64,000 nt of DNA from Cenococcum geophilum (taxonomy: Eukaryota). This document shows, in pieces, positions 24,200 to 37,500 of the stretch. The number at the start of each line of letters is the position of its first letter. Positions within the stretch are counted from its first letter, which is position 1. A program made the translations under genes and the position numbers. The stretch is taken from contig CP158636.1 of the NCBI GenBank assembly GCA_050273025.1, forward strand, positions 12,214,001 to 12,278,000. Direction: 5' to 3'. Below the pieces are notes generated by a model that saw nothing but the letters and a program-made list of their open reading frames with translations, searched no databases and was not told where the DNA came from.

Positions 24200-25306
24200 C
24201 CCACTCTAAGGCGCCGGAGAGGACTCCCTTATCTCCACGTACTTTGAAGGGGAGGATACCTATTCTCCAATCGACCATGCCGGCTCTATTAGTGAAATGT
24301 GAGCTTGGAGGTTGGTGGTAGAGATAGGACCTACAGCCAACCTTCCCGTATATTATCCATCTGTATCACCGTGATAATTTATCCTTTCTTAAATTCTAAA
24401 TGACTAGGCTCACTAGTATTAAAGGCGGACAAGACTACGGCTTGATCCTCCTCTAGGCTCACAGCCTTGCTTGATAAGACTTGCAGATTTGGCGCGACCG
24501 GCTGTCCAGACGTGGCCACCCCACTAGGAATTGTTGGAATTTATTAGAGTCTGGGACCCAGAAATCTCGATACATTTGACTCGAGGCAGCTATCGCGAGC
24601 TGTACCATATAGATATCGGGACATAATACATCTGCGAGTCAAAGGGTGATGCGCCCAATCAGAGCAAGATGGGTTCAGCACTAGCATTAGGGCCGGTGAG
24701 GGGGCAATAGAAGGCGACTGAGAAGATTCTTCTGCAGAGAGACGGAAGAAGAATTAATACACCTATTGGCGCAAAGCTGAGTGGCAGTGGTATCTGCAGT
24801 GGGGTCCTGCGTATTATTGAGAAGATATTACGGCCTACGGCCGTTCGAGCACATTGTATTGAGAGACAAATATCAAGGAACTCCGCTTCATCCAGATATC
24901 CATTTCTACCCTATACCCTTTAGCCATACGGGCTGTACAATAATCCTCAGGATTCATCCACCTTTGATCAGGAGTTGCCCTTTTTAGCCACTCTGCACAA
25001 CGGGATTCTAGGTGTTGGTGGTGTTGCTCTGAGGGCTCTAGTACATTTCCCAGATCGGCAGTCCCAATGATCGCCTCCACACGTGTCTTAACTTAGGAGA
25101 GGGACAGTGTCACGTGAAGGTAGTAGAATAGGCTGGAAAAGTGCTTCCATTCTTAACTCTCATAACTCTTATTACTTACCTGTCCACAGTACAGCAGATG
25201 GGTAGCTATATAGGAGATTCGTAGGTGATCCGGAGGTCCTGTCTTGAACCCTCCGACACCGAAGCTTGTTCGCATTACCTCAGCTAGCGGACATACGTCC
25301 TGGTAG
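24200..25306 (-). pseudogene. Decayed gene with a C-terminal SH3 domain; its 5' part probably lies beyond the Ginger element (53089-53560)
   Basis: 24455-24225 reads EDQAVVLSAFNTSEPSHLEFKKG*IITVIQMDNIREGWL / intron / AGMVDWRIGIL(frameshift)PSKYVEI, matching the SH3 consensus. GTAAGT donor near 25179. Confidence 0.6.
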
Positions 25307-26662
25307 TGTTCTGCCCCATACTGGCTCGAGCCTCGTTCCGGAAAATTCCTGCGTCATACCGGAACAAATCGTCTTCAAAAAGGAACGATTCGTGTATCAG
25401 TTTTATCGTCTTGATTCCGGAATAATTACTTTATTCCAGAAAAGATCTTTAAAAGGTCAGGCCAATTATAAGGTGGTATAGCAGCGCAAGGCTTACTAAT
25501 GCCTATGTACGAATTGTGAAGCTCTTTAAAATATATTATACTAATAACTTCAATTTTCTTCCCCTCTTAATCTAATTAGTAAATTATTATTAGATAACGT
25601 CTAGACCAGCCTTAAACTACCCCAGCTATACGTATACGACGTCGCCTAAACGGCTAGTTAATAAGCCTAAGTTTGGTAGTTAGTTTATATTTTATAACTA
25701 AATGCAAGCATTTTATAAAGCTCTTGTAGAGTCTCCTAAGGTATTAATTTTCTTATTATAATTACCCGATTGGGACTAGCGCAGGGGCTCTAAAAGTCAA
25801 ACTTCGCAAGCTTTAATGTCTATTAAATTTTCTTATTAGTCCTTCCTTATTTACCGCCTCTATATATAACTTAATTAAATCCTTAATAAGATATATATCT
25901 TATCTATAAGTTCTAAATATATATTAACTTAATTACTAGCTTAAATTTAATACTAGCAATAGTAATATTAACCTCCGCGACCACCTCTATAACTACCTCC
26001 GCGCCTAATATAATTGCCTCTCCTTCTACCGCAGATAACTCGTATAACGTCTCTCACGCTATTTCTGCCTTCTTAGTTATAGTAAAGCCTGCCTTTACTA
26101 AGTATCTAAAAGAAACTAGAGTTAACTTAATAAAGCGTATTACTTAGCCTAAATATAATAATCTTGTTTCCTAGCTCGCAGATTTAAATTATATAGCCCG
26201 CTTATAAATAGAACATAATACTAAATTAAAGGCTAAGTAACGGTAGTATATAAGAGAGGATGTTCCCCTAGAGCTATAAGGTCTTTAAAGGCGTCTAATA
26301 GGGCCTAATAAGCGGGCCTTAAAGGTGGTTCCTAAGCCAGATATTTATAATATAATTATAAGGAAGTATAGCGATATTAAATACTTAGGGTAGAAGAAGA
26401 CTTACCGTATAATTGCAACCGAGTATTATAGTATAAGATCTATCGAAGTTAAATAGCTGCTTAAGCACTGTCGAATCTATAAGGAGTAAGTGCTATTTTT
26501 AAAAAAAATCTTAGTTATATATGTATGCTAATATTTTTTATAGAAAGGCTTCCTCTACTATAAGGCCTCTACTTAATATAATTATCTCTTTAGCTCCCTT
26601 TAATTACATCTAAGGCAATCTAATTAATATACGCTCTAAGCCTAACGGTAAATATAAATAGA

Positions 26663-26891
26663 TGTAAGCTTTACAGTGTATGGGAATTAAACAAGCGACT
26701 TGATTGTAAATGTAGCTCTAAAGCCTCTATATATACACGAAGAAGGTGGAAGTAATAAGACATAAAAGGGTAATAGGTAACTAAAATGGGAACAGTGATC
26801 TGCAATCAATATATAGGGTGGCGTTAACGCTGTCTTGGAGCCTTCCAAGCGATGATCTTATGTCTTAGCACAGTGTCAGTAGTCGGTTACA
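26663..26891. mobile_element. Solo LTR (229 bp) inserted in the Ginger integrase core
   Basis: TGTAA..TTACA termini. TSD ATAGA. Removing it restores the integrase frame. Ends match the reverse complement of solo LTR 45093-45409. Confidence 0.9.
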
Positions 26892-29800
26892 ATAGATCTT
26901 ACAGATACGCGATTACTTTAGTAAATACTGCGCCCTCTATCCTCTTAAGTAGAAGACTGCTAAGGAAGTCGCTACCGCTGTATTATAATGGATATATTAC
27001 TATAGTATTTACCTACGTATTTAGTAGAGTAATAACGGTATAGAGTTTAAAGGCGCCCTTCTTATATTACTTTATTGCTATAAAGTAAAAGTTATTAATA
27101 GCCGCCTATATCACCCTTAATTGTAAGGCCTTATAGAGCAGGCTAATAGCTTTATAAAGAAGAAGCTTTATATAGTAAAGCGACTCTTAAGAACTTCACG
27201 ATAGGTAACGGCTTACCCAATTATTACGGCCTTAATTAATCGCATGTACTATAAATTAATTGGCTGCACGCCTTTTTACTGTCTATATAGGAGAGATCCT
27301 TAGGCTTCTACTTTAGTGGCGCCTGCCCTAAGGGCTACGGTAGAGCCTCTACCTAATATTAAAGTCTCTAAAGCCGAGGATAAGGATCTAGATAGTAATA
27401 AGGAAGTTTTAGGCCCTCTACTAAAAGAGAATAGTAATAGGCGAGAGGCTGCTAAATAGGAGCGCAATAAGGAGGATAATCGCTCTATTACTTTAAGCGC
27501 CCTTACTGCTTCTAATAAGAATCGCGATAATATTTCTAATATAGGAGATAATAGTAATTGGCTCTCGACCTTAGGTAAATCTTTTAATAAGGATAAGGAT
27601 TCTAATAATAGGAGCCTTCTAAATTTAGGAACTACCTTTATAGGCAACTGCAATCTATCTAAAAAAGACTATAATTTAAATAATAAATTACAAAGGTAGG
27701 AGACTCCTGTAAACCATACTCTATCTAATAATAATAGCCTCTCTCCTAATTACTTACCAATCTTAATTTAAACTCGTTAAATTTAATTATTAGAATTAAG
27801 TAGATTTAGGCAGCCTCTACCTTTACTAGAAGGCTTTCTTATACTAAGCTAAGAGGCTAATATATAGGAGGCGATTAAGATAATAGATAGAGAGGCTAAA
27901 GCCTTAGTGGTAGTAAGATCTAAACCTACTATAGATCTATAGCGTATAGCTAAGAGAGCTCTGTAATTTATCCGGTGGTAAGAACAATTATATCTAGATA
28001 ACTAGATTAAAGATCTAAATAATCCTTACTACACCCCTAGAGGCTACTTTATAAATAATCTTGCTATTTAAATTAAAGCTTTATAATTACAGCTCTATTA
28101 TAAAGCTAGTAGAGCTAGCGTTCTACTAGCAGATCTTTAAGAGTATTATAATATAGTCACATCTACTTTTAGGCGTAAGTTAATTTAGGCAATTAAGAAC
28201 TCTAATAACCCTATTTATACTATTCCACCATAGCTAGAGCTTAAGCGGTAAGTATTAAAGAAGCTTAAAGAGCGCTAAAAGGAACTACGGCTATAGAGGC
28301 GTTTAGTAGAGTCTGTGTGACGGCGCTAGAGCGCGTCACCTAGTCAGGAGTTCGCTTAAGACTTGGCATGTGTATATAGACGTGGCCACACCACCTTCTC
28401 TTGCTCCTTAGTTTAATATCTTCGTAATACAGCATTCGTTCGCTTCATCTTGCAAGTATTCGTTTAAGTCTCTGTTAAGACATTTATTCGATAGTTCGAG
28501 CCGTCACATTATATTAAGCTCCCCAGTTATATGCAGGCTGTGGTACTCATGTCTTAGGTTTACGAAGTCCTATAGTAGCTGGGTTGCGAGAAGCTTAGTC
28601 CCTATACCATATAGGCACCCTCATGCTTATGTTTTTTGTTCTCTTCTTTTTTTTCCTTTCTTTTTACCTAACGGCCGCCTATGCTATAGGGAAGCACGTG
28701 CCGGGCAGTAACCTCTTTCCGACCGTACGAGCTCGTCGACCGACCAAGCAACGCGTATATCCGTCAACCGAACGCGTGTGCCTACCGACCGACCTATCGA
28801 CCGAACGACGACGACGCGTCCAACGCGTATATCTATCGACGATTGATTAACCGACTGACGAACGACCGTACGTCTACGGACGCTGGCACCGTACTGCTAC
28901 CTAAATAGTCCTTTTTGACAGACACTAAGCTACGTATACTGTAAGGAACGAAATCGGTTAATACTGAGACTAGTGCTATACACTGGCTGCGATAAACGAC
29001 CCTAACTAATACTAAGCTATACGAGCTTTGAGGAACGAAATCGACTAGGACTACCAACGCTGGTATTACTCTGCTATTAACTACCGATCGTGCCGATATA
29101 TATACGATCTATATACTAGACAATAGTAGCGCTAATACGCCTGCTACTACGACCTAACCACAACTGTGCCGATACGCCTACAGTCTTCCGACCGTACAAT
29201 CGTGCCGATACGCCTATGATCCACGACTTTCGCTTATATCGTACTGCTACAAACTAGATAAATAATAGTGCCGATATGCCTGCTATCTAATTAACTAATT
29301 AATAGCCCGAGCTCTACGTTTGACCTACTATTATAAGACAACCAATAGACGAGCTCCGTGCTTAACCGCTATTGTTACCACCGCTAGTACCGTACTACTA
29401 CCCGAACAGATATTAGCTGCTCCTACCTACAGCTAATCTAATTTAACAATTGCTGCTCCTGCCTATAGTATTACAACAAACAACTGCTGATATACCTGCA
29501 GCTAACCTTAATTTAACTACTACTGCTCCTACCTACAGTTATTAAACTAGTAATTTAGAATAAGAACTCTGTTTATTAAAGAGGGCTTTAAAAGCTCTCT
29601 TATATATACTAGGTAGGTAATAAATAGAATAACAACGACGTCGTCATTTAGTAGGTTATAGTTAATGGAAATAGGTAATAAGACGCTTAATAAGATATTT
29701 TGTTATAAGTGTAACGGAGCCTTATAGCAAGAACTACGGTGGACTCGTTAATAGGCTAGGTGTGTAGGTAATGCAGGAAGTCAACAACGTAATAATAACT

Positions 29801-32800
29801 GGTGAAGTGGTTGCCCAATAGATTAACTTTAATTATATTCTGAGAATTACTATAAGAAAGGAACTATCTAGGTAGGGATTAAGGGTCCTCAAATATATAA
29901 CCGTACTCCTATAAAATCCTTCTTATACGTAATATACGTGTTATATATAAGGTACATAAGTTCCTCTCATTCCTCCCGTTTAATACGTAATATATTATAT
30001 AACCTCGCTTACTATTCCTTATTATATAGTTTTATAGGTTCCATCCTAGACCGTACCTATATTAACTAACTAGCATCTTCTAACTCCTCTCCTAGTAGTT
30101 ATAATATTGTACTTAAAGCGTCCGTAACACTATCTCCCTCCTCTTTATCTTCGTCCTTAAAGATACCTAGCATCTCTAGGTTATTTACTAGAGGTATAAT
30201 ATCTATCTAATTAACTTGGTTAATATCTTTACTTATTATACCTAAAGCGATTTCTTCTTTACACGCGTAATATCGCGCTCGTACTATTACCGCAATACTA
30301 TCTCTTAGTAAGATAATGCCGTCTCTATATTCTTATTATACAAAAGAGGGGTTAGTTTATATTACGCTAGTAAGTCCTTTATCTTAGCAACCCTCTTTAT
30401 ATTTAAAGTGCACTAAAGCGAATATTTAATCATTTTGCAATGTTTGCTCTACCTCTAACGCTAAATATACGCGTCCTATTACCCTTAATAGTCTTTAAGT
30501 ACCCTTATTAATTACTACTAAGGTCCTAGGTTTAATCTACTGCTATAAAGCTTAATAGTAACCTAGCGTAGGCCCTTACTAAGCTTAAGCGTTCTTATAA
30601 CGCGGAATAGAAGGCCCTAGATACTTACATTACGGCGTCTACCCATCTTCTTCGTCTTAAGAAAGTTTGTAAGAAGGTGCGTTTTAAGGAGTAAAAACTT
30701 ATAGAATAAGGTTTATAGAAACTTAGCAATAAAAGAACGGATTCTCTTCTAATAGAAAGGGAAATAACTCTAAATACCTTAGCAGGTGCTCCTTTTGGGT
30801 CCCCCTTAGGTAACTTATTTTTTAGTAATCCTTTTTTATTAATATTACCTAACCTTCTTTCTTCTAATACTCCTATACCTTTTCTATAGCGTTTTTTAAA
30901 TTTTCTAGTAACTCCTAGGTAGTTTTATTATAGCCTATCTACTTTACTTTATATTATATTTTATTATTAATATCCTTATAACTAACGATCTTTAAAACTT
31001 GCTATTTATCCTCTTCTTATCCTCTATATAAGTCTACTTCGTAGACTAGTGGCTTAATATTCCTATATACTGGCTCTAGTATTATAATATACTATATAGG
31101 ATAGATCCGTATTCTAGCTAGTAGGTTTAACTTAAATATAACTAGTAAAATCCTTTATATAATTTTAAAAGGTCCTAGCCTAACGTAGTCTAACTTCTTA
31201 CTTAGTTATTAACTCTTAAAATTTTTGTATAGTAGCTATACTTTATCTCCCTCCTTAAGATCTGGTCCCTTAGATCTCTTAGCGTTATAGTACTTTTTTA
31301 TTCTTTACTATACCACCTTTACTATTTCCGTAAGGTTTGCATAAAGATTTATTAGTATTTCTATTTTTTGCTTAGCTATACTACTCCTTTTTTTTTTTTA
31401 CTTAATGTAGTAATAGTAATGTTTTTAGCTCGTATCCATAATTCGCCTTAAATAGTAATATTCCTATTCCTTCTTAAGGTGTTATATTATATGCGAACTA
31501 TATAACTAGTAATAATAATACCTAATTATTCTGTGTATAATTAATATAGTGTTTTAAATACTACTCTAGTATCTAATTTAGTCTTTCCGTTTAACCGTCT
31601 GTCTATAGATAATATATAGTAAAAGTTACTGCTTAAACTCCTTATTCCGCTAAGAATACCTCCTAAAATACTACTATAAATCTTAGATCTTTGTTTAATA
31701 TAATCTTATTTAGTACTCTATATCTTATAAACACTTCTTTAATATAGATTTTAGTGATATCTTCCGCTAAGATTTCCTCTGTATATGCTATAAAATATCC
31801 CTACTTTATTAGCTTATCTACTATTACTAAAATTGCGTTATAATCTTATCTGGTAATAGGATCTCTTAATTTTAGTAACTTTATAATAAAGTCCTATAAT
31901 ATAACCTCCTATAGTCTTTCTGGTATTTTAATAGGTTATAGCCTTCTATATAGCTTATACCTTATCGGTTTATTTCTTTAGCAATTTAAATATTCCTTTA
32001 TAACTTATCTCGCTAGTCCCTAGATTCTATTAATAATATACTCCTCCTAGAGTCTTAATACTAAGCCCGTAGCTCTATTATATCCTTAAGTTAATCCCCT
32101 ATAAAATAACTTAACAAACTCTCTTATAATATTTTTTAGCACGTACGTTGCTTTTTAGTTTTTATACTACTCTAAGTCTGGATCCTCTGCCTATATATCT
32201 TAGATCTTTTATAACTAGTTACTCTTTAGTAATTTATAGGTCTAACTAATTTCTCTTATTACTATAATTTTTAGATAATTATATCTAATTAATCTGTCTA
32301 TATCTTTTTACAGTAAAGCCCCTAATGGCTTTTCATTATTTTATAGTTTAGCTTTTCTACTTAAAGCATCCACTTATACGTTATCTATACCCTTAGTATA
32401 CTAAATCTTAAAATAGTATTTTATAAGCATCTCTGCCCATCTAACTTATCTTTAGTTAAGTTCTTTTATTATTAGGAACCCTATTAGGTTCTTATAATCT
32501 ATCTTAACTATAAATAGTTTCTCTGTGCCTTATAAGAATGCTTTTTATTTTTAAAGCGCTATAACTATACCTAATAACTCCTTATTATAGATGTTATAGT
32601 TTAGTTCTAATAGTGTTATTTTTTAACTATAGTATACTACTAGGTGCTATCCGTCCTTATATTTCTATAGAAAGTATACCCTTAATGCGAAGTCTAATAT
32701 ATCTATTTTAACCACTATCTCTAGTTTTAGTTAGTAGATTTTAAGGATTAGATCTTAAGTAAACAACTCCTTAACCTTCTTAAATAGTTTCCTTTACTCT

Positions 32801-34588
32801 TTTCCCTATACCTAAGGTTCTTCTTTCTTTATTAACCTTATAAATAGCTTAATATCCTTTAACTATTAAGTTATAAACCTTCTGCAGTAATTATAAAACC
32901 CTAAAAACAACCTTAACTACATAACGTTCTCTAGTTCTTACCAATTTACTATAGCCTTAATCTTCTTTAGATCTATACTAAGTTAGCCTAGTTTAATAAT
33001 AAATCCAATAAAATCTGTCTTCTTAGTAAAGAACTTATATTTCTTAATTGCTACTAGCATCTATTCTTCTTATAGTCTCTTTAAGACCCATTTAACGTAT
33101 TCTCTGTACTCTTCTTCGCTTATTAAGTAGATAATAATATCGTTAAGGTATACTATAACAAATTTATCTAAGTATTCTCTTAACACATTATTAATACGTT
33201 TTTAGAACGTTGCTAGTGTATTTATAAGCCCAAACTGCATTACTAATAGCTTATATAGTCCTTCCTTTAACCTAAAGGCTGCCTCCTATTTATTACCTTC
33301 CTTAATTTTAATCTAATAGTACGTCTATCTTAGATCTATCTTTATAAAGATTTACGCATTGCTAATCCTATCTTAGATTTCGCTAATTAAGGGTAAAAGA
33401 TATCTATCCTTCCTAGTAATGCTATTTAACTATCTATAGTTAATGTATAGCCTAAGTTTTCCGTTTTTCTTTAGTATAAATAGTACTAGATAACCTACTA
33501 ATAACTACGATAGTCTAATGTATCCCTTTTATAAGTTCTCCTAAATAAACTCTTTTAATACTCTTCTTTCTTCTTTAGTAAGCTTATAAATTAAAAAGAA
33601 CCTTAGACTTATTTCTAGTTCTAATTCTATCTTATAGTCCTATACTATATACTCTAACAGCTTCTTACTTTCTAGTGACTATAGTTTCTTACCGTACTTA
33701 TAATATCTCTTTAGTATATAACTTAGTCCTTTATCTATTTCTTCGTAGGTCGCCCCTACTTAGTACTATACTATCTTAGCTTGTTATTGCATCTTACGGC
33801 GTTAAGTATCTCTAATATTAATCTAACCTATAACCCAATTAATCTTTAGATTATATTCCTATAACTAAGGTATTCCTAATACTGCCTTATTATTCCCTAA
33901 TAGTAGTATATTAAAAGATATCTTAATTTATTTTCCTTTAATAGTTATCTAAATAGGTCCTATTTTAAGGTTAATAATGCCTCCTCTGTAGGCTATTAGA
34001 TCTCTTAAAATTATAACTAGCGGATATAGGTGCTCTTTTTATCTATGTGGTAGCCCTATCCGTTTAACTACTACTAGTAAGATATAGTTCCTTATTACTC
34101 TACTATCTATTAGTGCTTTAAACTGTTAATCTTACTATTTAACTTATAAATTTAGGTGTTGTTTTTAAATTCCTTTAAGGGTCTAAGGCTTTACTACTAG
34201 CTCCCTTTAGTTCTATAGGCCTTTACTTTTCCTAACTATTAGCTGCTAGATCCTTATGCACTTAGCTTATTCTTTAGCTAATGCTTTATTCGCTTTTTAT
34301 CCTTAACATACTATAGATACGTATTCTCTAAATATTCCTACTACTATTATCTATCTAAGTATTCTTCTGTAAGGAATCTTCCTAGTTAAAGTATTAAGTT
34401 TCCTAACTTCTAAACTTCTACTAGATGCCAGCTATATATATACTTAGCATTCCTATACTATTGCTTATCTAGCGCCTAATATATCCTTATAGGGTATTTT
34501 TAGTTCTTTTCTTTTAGATTTTTATGTATATTATATATATTATCTATATATATAATCCATAATAGCGTAGAGTATGCTAGGTACTTCG

Positions 34589-37500
34589 TGTAACGAAGCC
34601 TTGTAGTAGGAACTACGGTAGACTCGTTAATGGGCTAGGTATGTAGGTATTACAAGTAAGTCAACAACGTAATAATAACTAGTAGAGTAGTTGCCTAACA
34701 GATTAACTCTAATTATATTCTGAGAATTACTATAAGGAAGGAACTATCTAGGTAGGGACTGAGGGTCCTTAAATATATAACCGTACTCCTATAAAATCCT
34801 CCTTATACGTAATATACGTATTATATATAAGGTATATAAGTTCCTCTTATTCCTTACGTTTAATACATAGCACGTTATATAACCTTAGCTACTATTCCTT
34901 GTTATATGGTTCCACGGGTTCTATCCTAGACCGTGCTTATATTAACTAATTAGCTTCTTCCGACTTCTCTCTAAGTAGTCGTAATATTATACTTAAAGCG
35001 TTCGTAACACCATCTCCCTCCTTTCTATCTTTATCCTTAAAGATACCTAGTATCTTTAAGTTGTTTACTAGAGGTATAATATCCGTCTAATTAATTTAGT
35101 TAATATCGTTACTTATAATGCCTAAAGCCTCTTCTTCTTTATACGCGCAACGTCGTGCCCGTACTATTACTGTAATTTTATTACTTAGTGAAATAATGCT
35201 ATCTCCGTGTTCTTGTTATTTAAAAGAGGGGTTAGTTTATATTATGTTGGCGAGTCCTTTATCTTAACAGCCCTCTTCTTATTCGGAGTATACTAAAGCA
35301 AATATTTAATCGTCTTATAATATTCGCTCTACTTCCGACGCTAAGTATACGCGTCCTATAACTCTTAATAGTCTTTAAGTTCCCTAAGTAATTTGTTATA
35401 GGGTCTTGTGTTTAATCTGCCGCTATAAAGCTTAATAGTAACCTGGTATAGGCCCTTGCGGAGCTTAAGTATTCTTAGGATACGGAACAGAAGGCCTTAA
35501 ATGCTTATATTGCGGCGTCTGCCTATTTGCTTTGTCTTAAGAAAGTTTATAAAAAGGTTTATTTTAAGGAGTGGAAGCTTATAGAATAAGGTCTATAGGA
35601 ACTTAGTAATAAAAGAACGGATTCTCTTCTAATAGAGAAGGAAATAACTTTAAGTAATTCGGCAGTCGCTCTTCCTAGGTCCCCCTTAGGTGACTTATTC
35701 TTTAGCGATTCCCCTTTATTAATATTACCTAACCTTTTCTCTTTTAATACTCCTGTACCTTTCTTATAGCGTTTTTTAGGTTCTTTAGTGGCTCCTAGGT
35801 AGTCTTATTATAGCCTATCCACTTTACTTTATACTATATTTTATCGTCTACGTCCTTATAACTAACGATCTTTAAAACTTACTATTCGTTTTCTTCTTAT
35901 CCTTTATACGTGTCTGCTTTGTAAACTAGTGGCTTAATATTCCTATATATTGGCTCTAGCATTATAATATACTATATAGGGTAGATCTTTATCCTAGCTA
36001 GTAGGTTTAACTTAAATATAACCGGTGAAATTTTCTATATAATTTTAAAAGGTCCTAGTCTAACGTGGTCTAACTTCTTACTTAGTTGTTAACTCTTAAA
36101 ATTTTTATATAGTAACCATACTTTATCTCCCTCCTTAAGATCTAGTCCCTTAGATCTCTTAGCATTGTAGTACTTTTTTATTTTTTACTATACTGCCTTA
36201 GCTATTTCCGTAAGATCTATATAAAGATTTATTAAACTCTTTATTCTTTATTTAGCTGTGCTATTTATCTTCTTTACTTAACGTAGCGATAATAAGGTCC
36301 TTAGCTTATATCCGTAATTCGCCTTAAATAGTAATATACCTATTCCTTCTTATAGTGTTATATTGTATATAAACTATATAACTAGTAATAGCGATACCTA
36401 ATTATTCTGTGTATAATTAATATAATGCCTTAGATACTGTTCTAGTATCTAATTTAATCTTTCTGTTTAACTATCTATCTATAAATAATATGCGGTAGAA
36501 GTTGCTGCTTAAACTCCTTACTCTGCTAAGAATACTTCCTAGAATGCTGCTATAAATCTTAAATCTCTATCTAATATAATCTTGCTTAGTACTCTATGTT
36601 TTGCGAACACTTCTTTAATATAGATTTTAGTAATATCTTTTGCTAATATTTCTTCTAAATATGCTATAAAGTATCCCCACTTTATAAGCTTGTCTATTAT
36701 TACTAAGATTATATTATAATCTTATCCGGTAATAGGGTCTCTTAACTTTAGTAACTTAATAATAAAGTCCTATAATATAACCTCCTATAGTCTCTCTGGT
36801 ATTTTGATAGGTTATAGCTTTTTATATAGCTTATACCTCGTTAATTTATTCCTCTAGTAATCTAGATATTTTTTTATAACTTGCCTAGCTAGTCCCTAAA
36901 TTCCATTAATAATATACTCCTCTTAAAGTCTTAACACTAAGCCTATAGCTCCGTTGTGTCCTTAAGTTAGTCCCTTATAAAATGACTTAATAAACTCCTT
37001 TATAATAGACCTTGGTATATACATCGCTTCTTAATTTTCGTACTGCTCTAAGTTTAGATCCTCTATTTATATATCTAGGATCTTTTATATCTAATTACTT
37101 TTTAGTAATTCGTGGGTCTTCTTTTCTTATATTGCTATAATCTTTAGATAATTATACCTAATTAATCTATCTGTATCCCTTTATAATAAAGCCCCTAATA
37201 GCTTTTTATTATTTTATAGTTTAGCTTTTCTGCTTAGAGCGTCTGCTCGTGTATTCTCTATACCCTTAGTATGCTAAATCTTAAAATGGTATTCTATAAG
37301 CATTTCCGCCCATCTAACCTGTCTATAATTGAGTTCTTTTATTGTTAGGAACCCCGTTAGGTTCTTATAATCCGTCTTAACTATAAATAGTTTTTCTATG
37401 CCTTATAAGAATAATCTCTATTTTTTTAGTGCTATAACTATACCTAACAACTCCTTATTATAGATGTTATAGTTTAGTTCTAGTGGTGTTATCTTCCAAC

